Assembly: GCF_009914755.1 (NCBI RefSeq) | Contig: NC_060946.1 | Length of the DNA: 64,000 nucleotides | Strand: one strand, 5' to 3' | DNA from: the human T2T-CHM13v2.0 reference genome, Homo sapiens | Shown: positions 54,536 to 64,000 of the stretch, piece after piece | Numbering within the stretch: position 1 is the first letter of the stretch | Layout: the number at the start of each line of letters is the position of its first letter | Translations under genes and position numbers: made by a program | The notes under the pieces: generated by a model | Databases searched by the model: none | Seen by the model: the letters and a program-made list of their open reading frames with translations, nothing else | What the model was told of the DNA's origin: nothing

Positions 54536-55798
54536 ACACCACCCCTGATGGACTCTTGCAGGAGACAGGGCCATCCCCTGGGGTCCTCGGTCCAGCAGGC
54601 TGCACTGGCAATAGGGGAAGGTGGAGATGCAAGCCTCGCCCCTGTGCTCCTACAAAGAGGCTCCATGGTCCCCGAACCAGCTGTGTCCAGGGGGTCCCTG
54701 GAGCCTGAAATTCATTTCACTCATAAATACATTAAAACATCACCAGAAGCCTTCTCACTGCAGAGGCAGTTGAAGCATCAGGGAGAGAGGCAGAAATCGA
54801 GTCTGTGCAGAGGCTGTGGCTGGCTCCTCCCAGGCTGCCTGCTCAAGGCTCTTTGAGGAAATACTCAGTTCGGTAGCGCTCATTGAAGCAAAACAAAGCA
54901 CCAGCAATGTCAGGAAATAATGAACCCAAATCACTCATTTTTCAGGACAACCATAGGTGCCCCAGTAGAGCAAGGGCAGCCAGTACCTGCAGCCTCCCTG
55001 GACGGAGAGAGGCTTCTGCAGGACACAGGCCATTTGCCTGCTTAGGTAACTCACGCAAACAAGGAGGCTGTGGCTTGGGGTGAAATAGCACGGGATGCGG
55101 TTGCGTGGGATGGGGTTCAAGGCCTGCATTTGCACCCCTCTGCCTTTGCCACATGACCTTCACCAAGTGAGTCTGCCTCCCTGAACCTGTTTCTTTCACT
55201 GTAAAATGAGGATAAGATGGGAGCTCTGCGTCATCATGGTGCTATCAAACCTGAGACTTCACGTGCCTTTGTGCTGTCCCCAGCCTCACAGGTCTCACAG
55301 GTCTCACACTTCCATTTCTAAGGATCGCACCAATCTCGCCCCCACCTCCAGGCCTTGGCACCTGCCACTTCCTCTCCCCGGAAAGCTGGTCTCCCAACTT
55401 CCCCTGGCCAACCCCAGCAGGTCCCAGCTTCAACATCTCTTCTTGGGTGAGGGTATTCCTTGCTCTCCCATCTATATTATATTATGAGATTGTTCTTTCC
55501 TATGACACCCTCTGTTCCCTGGACATCCACCTGCCCTGTGCTGGCTGTGGGGACCTGGGAGGAGCAAGACGCAGGCCGTGGCATGGAGGAGCCCACGGTC
55601 TGAAGACAGAGACCAGAGGCATTAACCTAGAAGTTGGACATCACACCAGGAGGACTCATTCATTCCTGTGTTGTCACACCTTGAGGGAGGAGTCAGATTT
55701 TAACAGGAAGACACAAGGAAAGGCATTCAGGGGAGGGAACAGCCCAGGCAAAAGCAGAGGAGTATCTGATTGCACGGAGGATTTGGGGACCCCGATAG

Positions 55799-56231
55799 TG
55801 TATTAGTCAGGGTTCTCTAGAGGGACAGAACTAATAGGATATATATTGCGGGGGGGGGGGCGTTTATTAACTTACACTATTACAAGATCCCACAGTAGGC
55901 TGTCTGAAAGCTTGAGGAGCAAGGAGAGCCAGTCTGAGTCTCAAAACTGAAGAACCTGGAGTCTGACGTTCGAGGGTAGGAAGCATCCAGCACTAGAGAA
56001 AGATGTAGGCTGAGAGGCTAGGCTAGTCTCTCCTTTTCATGTTTTTCTGCCTGCTTTATACTTGCTGGCAACTGATTAGATGGTGCCCACCAGATTAAGA
56101 GTGGGTCTGCCTTCTGCAGCCTATTGACTCAAATGTTAATCTCCTTTGGCAACACCCTCACAGACACACCCAGGATCAATACTTTGCATCCTTCAATCCA
56201 GTCAAGTTGACTTTCAGTATTAACCATCACA
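55799..56231 (-). mobile_element. ERVL solo LTR (MLT2A-like) within an L2-like remnant
   Basis: tgtattagtcagggttctctagagggacagaactaatagg...ggcaacaccctcacagacacacccagg...attaaccatcaca. Confidence 0.9.
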
Positions 56232-56307
56232 GAGTCTTGTGTGACTGCAGAGGAAGTTGGGGCAGCTTATGGAGGCTGTGAAGGGCGTGATAAAGAGTGT
56301 AGACTTA

Positions 56308-56666
<359 letters not shown>

Positions 56667-57311
56667 CTACAGCGGTGAGTCCTTAGAATAACTGCAACTC
56701 ACAGCAGACAGTGATAAACAGGGAGGGGAGCTGGCCGGTCTCCCAGGCCTGTCCCTTGAGACTGTCCCTGGGACTTGGGTTTGCAATCCCACAAATGACA
56801 CATTGTCAGTCACCCAGAAATCCTCAGCTTTGGGACTGCCACGGTGCTCGTCCACACTGGCTGGTGGGTTCCAGGGCTTCGAAGCCAGGCTGGCTTGGCT
56901 CCCTGTCCCTCCCCTGGCGTCTGTGTGTTCCACGGGTTTGTGCAAGACACTTCCCCTCCATGCTTTCAGTTCACTTGGCTGCAGGGGGTCTAGGAGACAG
57001 CAAATGGGAAGGAGCAGGGTGGGGGCGGGAGGCTCAGGGAGGGGGCTGGTGATCCAGAAGGGAAGAGCAGCGCTTGCAAAAGCTTGGCATGGCAGTTTCA
57101 TCTCACTGGAGTGCAGAGTAAAGCTGAGAGACAGTGGCAGAGGTGGGGCTGCAGAGCCAGGAAAGGGCCAGAAAGCAGGTTGGCGTTCTATCTGAAGGTG
57201 GAGGTGGGTGAGGTGGCTTGGGAAGCCAACCACCTGGAGAGGGATAAGAGGAGAGGTGCTTTCTAGCACTTGGAAGACGCCGGGTACCGTGCGGGGAATG
57301 GACTGGAGGGC

Positions 57312-57393
57312 CCACGAGCTTTAAACTTAGCAATGGAGATAAAAGGTACCAGACACAAGCTTTAAACTTAGCAATGGAGATAGAAGATGCCAA
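57312..57393. repeat. 41-bp tandem duplication
   Basis: agctttaaacttagcaatggagata is identical at 57317-57341 and 57358-57382. Confidence 0.92.
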
Positions 57394-57429
57394 AGAGGAA
57401 GTGCAGGTGCGCTGCTGCGGCCTAGGATG

Positions 57430-58150
57430 GCTGGCGTACACATTCACCAGGCACTTGTGAAGGGCAAGGCTCTGTACAGCTATCAGCTCAAATGTGATCA
57501 CGTTACCATGGACAGATATGGCACACCTGGGGCACAGAGAGGTTAAGTAACTCACACAAGGTCACACAGCCAAGGCAGTCCACATTCATAGCACCCGCTC
57601 CTAACCATTTGGCCATGCCTCCTGGGAGAGCCTACAAAGTGGCCAGAGACCAGCACAAAGCATATCTTTTTACCAGTGCCAATTTGCACCACACATGTTC
57701 ATTACTATTATGGTTTCCCGCAATCCCTATGATATTTGCACAGCAGTTTACAGTTTGCAAAGCATCTCACCTACATTGCCTCCTAAGATCCATATAATAG
57801 CCCTGCACAGTGTTATTAATCCTGCTTTCCAGATGAGGTCAAGGGACCCGCCCCAGCTCAGGAGGGCAGCAAGGGCTGCAGGCACCCAGGGCTCCTTGCC
57901 AGGTCAGTCAACCCCATGGGGCTAGAGTTTGACAGTTGCTCACTAACAGTTGTCAGCATTCCCTGAGCTTCTCCTGTGTGCCAGGCCCTAACTGCCCATC
58001 CCATTAACTCCCTGGGCATTCCGGGCCTCAGTTTACAGATGAGGGCACTTGAAGCTCAAGGACCTTGAATCCACTGAACAAGGTCACCTGGCTAAGTGCT
58101 GGAGCTTGGATGCAAGCTCGATTCAGTGCCCGGAATCCTGGGCCCTCTCC
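57430..58150. mobile_element. Cluster of MIR remnants
   Basis: ggcacagagaggttaagtaactcacacaaggtcacacagc; tttacagtttgcaaagc; tttacagatgagggcact. Confidence 0.6.
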
Positions 58151-58789
58151 CCTGCATCCTGCTGAGTGGACCCCTCATTGATTGGTGATTCTGAGTTGGC
58201 ATGCTTGCCACTGAGCCCTCCATCCCATCAGCTCAGGGTGCAGCACCCCCCACCCCAGTCCTTGGCTCAGGATGGCAAGATCCGGAAAAACAGGATCTGA
58301 AATGGGCAAGAGTGTTTCCGTTACAACGGCCAGATGACATTCGTGCTGCTCTCCGGAGCAGAACAGCATTAACAAGGAGTGTGATGGGACCTAATTGTCT
58401 TCTGGTCTTTAATCACTTATGTTCCCCTCTCCTGACACACCTCTGTTGGAGCTAATTGGCAGGCGGTGTCGGAGCCGCGAGAGGAGACGCTTGTCCCTTG
58501 AAGTGGCTGGTCTTCAAGAGGTCATGAAGTTGGGGGCTGCTCACAGAGGAAAGTGTGACTCTGGGACACAGCCCTCAGAGTGCTCGCTGCAAGATGAGGG
58601 CCATAGCACTCTGGCAGGGGGACAAGAAAGGGATTCCTGATGTCTCTGCTCCTAGCTGAGAAACGGGGAGAGCTCAACTTTGTGGTCAGTTGGTCCAGGC
58701 TGGAGGGTTGTGGTTATATTAACCCACACGGAGACATTTAGGGAGCAGTGCAGTCTGGGAGGCCTCTGGGCAGGAGAATTCCTGGTGTG

Positions 58790-59240
<451 letters not shown>

Positions 59241-59939
59241 TGAATTATCTTTTTCACTTGATTTTCTCAAAGCACATGAGAAGGAAGCCAAAAATTCCCC
59301 TTTTTTTCCTCTTTCCACAACCTGTAGCTTTCCCAAAGCGTCTCCTTCTCAGCCCATGCCCCTGAAAACATACACCCCTGTCTTCCTCCGCCCTCCTAGC
59401 TCTTCCCTCTCATCCGTTCTTCTTGCTCCCAGCTCATTATTAAACTTTCTTTGGCTCACCCCTCAGCCCATCTGATTATTGTATCATTTTCTCTGCACCC
59501 TGCCAGAGAAAATTCTCTACAGCAAAGACCAGAATATTCTCTACAACAAAGGAAGCTCAAGAACTGACCCAGGGAACAGATTCTTTCCCTTTTTTCTCCA
59601 GCTTCTGCCCTGTCTCAACTTTTCCATTTCTGCAGCTCAAAAATCCAGGCACAGGCTGGACCCTCAGAATTCTCCTTAGCGGTTTGGGAGTCGGAGCAGG
59701 TGAGTGGACAAACACAAGATTCTCTTTATGTGGGCAGGACAGGGAAGTCGGAAGTTTCTCTGTGCTACCGCAGCATGACTGTGTCATCATAGCCACAGTC
59801 CCTGCTTGAGAAGGGCTCCTCCACGTTACGCCCCATCCCGACTGCTCAATCAGCTGCCCTCTGCCCCCAAGGAGGCCTCTCTTGTGACAGAGAAACATGA
59901 ATACCACCACAGGGCCACTGTCACGGGTGCTTTTCTGGA

Positions 59940-60270
59940 AATCTGTGCAGGTCCAGTTGGGAAGAGGGAGGAGGTCCAAATGGCTTCATGGAGGGGGTGA
60001 TGTTTGAATTGGACATAGATATTTACCAAGAAGATGGGTGCCCTCAGAACTAAGGGAACGACAAGAGTCAAGGCTTGGAACCAGTATAGGGCATGAGGCT
60101 GGCAGTGGCAGAGGGATGGTGGAGGGTAACGAGGGACAAAGACGTCAAAGTGGCATTTAGGAGACAGGCAAGGAGGGGGCTGAAGGGAAGGGTGTTCCTG
60201 GCAGAGGGAACAGCATGTGCGAAGATCTCAGAGTGGGAAATAGTCTGGTGTGCTTGGGGTGCCTGGGGGG
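59940..60270 (+). mobile_element. L2 remnant(s)
   Basis: ggcttcatggagggggtgatgtttgaattggac; gtgttcctggcagagggaacagcatgtgcgaag. Confidence 0.6.
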
Positions 60271-61741
60271 ACTAAGGTGCCCACATCTGCCTGTGTGTCC
60301 ACAGGGCCTGGGGCAGTGGGCGTGAGTGGCGAGGAGCAGCGCTGGCCACCTCTGATGCCAGCTGTCATGTTATCACCCTGTTTACAGCCCACACATAAGT
60401 GGTTTGGCCAAGACTGCAGTCAGGGGTCTGATGGGGGCCTCTGCCTGGATCTGCCTGCGTCTCAGGCCTGCAGGATCTCACACTTCTGGGCAGCCTCCAA
60501 TCCTCAAAGCACCTGGAGAGTCCTGGGCTCTGAGAGCTCTGTTCATCCCTTCAGCACACTGCAAGGCCGGCTGCATGAGCTCACCTTGCTCTGGTGAACT
60601 CAGTGACCAGGTGTGGGTGGCCCCTTGTGCAAGCTTACTCCAGGGCCACAGAACACTCATGGGTCCCACTGGGCCACTGCCACCTGCTGAGGGACTGGTA
60701 AGGCCCTTCCTCTTTGGGGGTCTCATCTGCACAGTGGGGATGGCCACATGGAATCATCTGGGAGGAAGTGCCCAGCAGGGGCCTGAGCAGTGGGGGCCCC
60801 ACACCTGAGGAGGGAATTGCCAGCATTCAGGAACCCCTGGTCATGGGGCCTCCAGTGCCCTTACCTTCACTGCAGGTCCAGGCTCAGATCCTGGTAAATG
60901 AGACCCTCTGGCTGGCTCTGTGCGGAGATGGCAAAATGGTCTTGGGCTGGCTGGCATGGGAAGGAGTGGAGAGCGAGGACCCTGAGGGTTCATGGTAGAG
61001 CCGGCAGTGAGGGGCTCCATGCCCAGAAGAGTTAGGCTGAGGACCCTGGGACCCCTCTCTGCCTGTGTGATGGGGGACAAGGACGTGAGCTGGACACCAG
61101 GCTGGCCGCCTTCAAGGCCAGCTGTGCTATACGTTGCAGGTGGCTTTGGACTTGTGCCCTGGCCTCCCAGAGCCTCACTGTCCTCTTAGAGAGTGGCAAT
61201 GCCTGTGCCCTACCAGGCTGCTGCAGGGAAGGGGGAGATGGGCTCTGCAGAGGCCCAGAGCTCAGAGGGACTGGTACCACCATCAGCTGCATTCCCATCA
61301 CCTGGGTGATGAGACCCCCCAGGACCCCAGGGGATGGCAGTGGGAGGGACAGTTGCTGCCCAGTCCCGCTGAGGCCTGGGGGACCCAAAGTGCAGGTGTA
61401 GGTGCCTCCAGCACAGAGTGGATTGGATTAGTGTGAATGGTGGCAAGGCTGGTCTCTGTGGGGATAGTGGCAGTGGGAGAAAAGAATCAATGAATTCACA
61501 TCGGTGGCTTCTGTTGTACATTTTTGAGAGGGAGAAAGAGAAAATGCCCCACTCATCTGTATTTTAAATGAAGAACAGGAAACAGCCAATACATTTAAAT
61601 TGCTAAAGAGGACACTTGAGTTTTATTTCACAGCCACTCAAGGCTGAGAGGAGGGAGAAGGGAGGAAGAAAGAGTCTAGAGAGAAAGAGAGGTGGATGTG
61701 GGGCGAGAGACGGGGGCTGCAACTCTCAGAGGAGGGATTCG

Positions 61742-61921
61742 GAGGAGACTCTGGGTGGACCCTAGGAGAACCTTGTGAGATCTCAAGGAGACCCTGGGAG
61801 GCCCCGGGAGGACCAGAGAAGATCCTGGTGAGACCTCTAGAAGACCTCCAAGCACACCCTCGGGAGATCCTGGGAGACCCTTCTAGGACACTCCAAGGTA
61901 GCCCTGGGAGGCCCTGAGGAG
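61742..61921. repeat. Degenerate ~11-13-bp tandem repeat (GGAGACCCTG-like)
   Basis: ggagactctgg, ggagaccctggg, gaagatcctgg, ggagatcctggg, ggagaccctt, ggaggccctg recur across ~180 bp. Confidence 0.55.
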
Positions 61922-62893
61922 AGCTGGGTCTGGTCCTGGCAGGCTGGTGCCTCCTAGAAGCCATTCTGCCTCCCTGGCATTGCCTGAGGATCCCACCCAG
62001 GGCGGGGCACAGGGCATGGTTGTTGGAACAGGGGCAGGAAGGTAGGCCTGAAACTGCTGCGTCTCCTCCAGCTGTGTGGCCAGGATTTGGTGGGAGGTCC
62101 AACTGCTCCCGAGGCTCAACCAGTGGCTGCCAAACAGTGGTCCTCGCAGCCTGAGAGCTTCAGAAGGGGATCCCCCACGTGGGGAAGTCAGAGGGAGGCC
62201 AGACTGGCCCTCTCTTCATTCCCTCCTCATCCACCTCCAAACAGAGCAGCCCCTTAGAAAAGGTTTTATTTGAAAACCACCAAAAGAAAAGCTAAAAACC
62301 CATAAGGCTACAGTCTCTCCTCCAGGTTGCCATCGATACCCTCCAAAGTCAAGGGCTTCCTCTGAGTCACTCCAAGCACAGCAGGGTGCACAGGCCTCCC
62401 CGAGAGCTGCAGTCTCCTCCTCTACAAAGTGGGCATCAGTGCCCCAGATTGGGTGCGTTTCTCTAAGAGCAGAGCCTGGGAAAACAGTAGCCTGCCTTTC
62501 CCGAGAGCCCCACAGTTCCAAGTGATTCAAGCCAGTGAACTTATTCCATCCTCACCGAGACGCAGTGAGACAGGTGCTGCCATCGCCCCCATTGACTGGT
62601 TGGGAAATCGAGGCACCGAGAGGTAAAGTGACCGCCAAGAACTCATGGCTGATGTGGCAGAGCAGGGGTTCGCACCCAGGCTGTTTGGCTCCACAGCCCC
62701 TCGACAGACCACCCATGCACACAGTAGGTGCTCAGCAGTGGCCCCTTCTGAAGCAAGACGAGGACTGATTCATAAAAAGGAAACCAACTCTCAGTATAGG
62801 ATGGGGGTGGGCGGGGGGCGACAGGAAATGAATGTTTTATCCTAAACTGACTTTCAGATTATTCCTCTTATATGTTCAATCATTCATTTTCTT

Positions 62894-63125
<232 letters not shown>

Positions 63126-63127
63126 CG

Positions 63128-63423
<296 letters not shown>

Positions 63424-64000
63424 ATTCATTTTCTTAAAATGTGGACTCAGTTCTTTCCTTTTTGAGTTGGAGGCAATGTTGAAGGGGTCTAGGTCTCTGT
63501 TAAATGACCATGGGGACAGGTGGGGTCCCAGGTCCTCAGGCCAGCTGCAGCCAGGCTCCCACACATCCTTGGCACAAGCGAGGGTCTTTAGTGCATCAGC
63601 CCTCATGTCTGGGGGCTGCTGGGGGCTGTTCACACACCTGCAGAGAGAGCAGGTGGGCCCAGGCTTCATGGGCCTCCTGCAAGTGACATCTGAGGTCACT
63701 GGGTCCCTGTTTACTGCCAGAGTCACTGCCCCAGGCCTGGGGTGACCAACCTCTCTCTCCTCATTCCTTCCCCTCCCTGTGCCCCCCTGGGACCCCTCAT
63801 TGCCCTTCTTCTGCCCAGCCTCCTCCATGTTCACAGGGTGAGAACCTCCTCGTGCATCTTCACACACCCATCTCCCTTCATTCTCCCAGGCCTCCTGGAG
63901 GACCGGCCCAAGCAGGGATCACCTGCCCATTCCACAGATGGATACACGGAGGCTCATGGAGGCTAAGGGATGTGTCCAAGCGCATATAGCTACAAGACAC

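Overview
This is 64 kb of mammalian, almost certainly primate (human-like), non-coding DNA. It is GC-rich, carries 17 Alu elements (J and S types, most with visible target-site duplications, TSDs), and has many MIR and L2 remnants. It also holds several MaLR/ERVL/ERV1 solo LTRs (two nested stacks), one ~5.4 kb ancient L1 lacking its 3' end, and a HAL1/L1-ORF1 remnant. I found no credible protein-coding exon, tRNA, rRNA, CRISPR array or CpG-island promoter; the supplied ORFs look spurious or repeat-derived. I cannot name the locus. The most interesting stretch is 48.7-50.0 kb on the + strand. It contains a 79-nt box C/D-like structured RNA candidate, then a plausible branch point and 3' splice site, then an RFX X-box. 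That X-box abuts a 10-unit minisatellite in which almost every unit is a 5' splice-site-like 9-mer and, on the other strand, a PBX-HOX site. Also notable are a 17.5-copy 17-bp minisatellite with QKI/branch-point-like and G4 motifs, a 47-bp inverted templated copy of local L1 sequence, and several short tandem duplications that multiply regulatory motifs. Repeat subfamily names are recalled by eye, not from a database search, and old-repeat boundaries are approximate.
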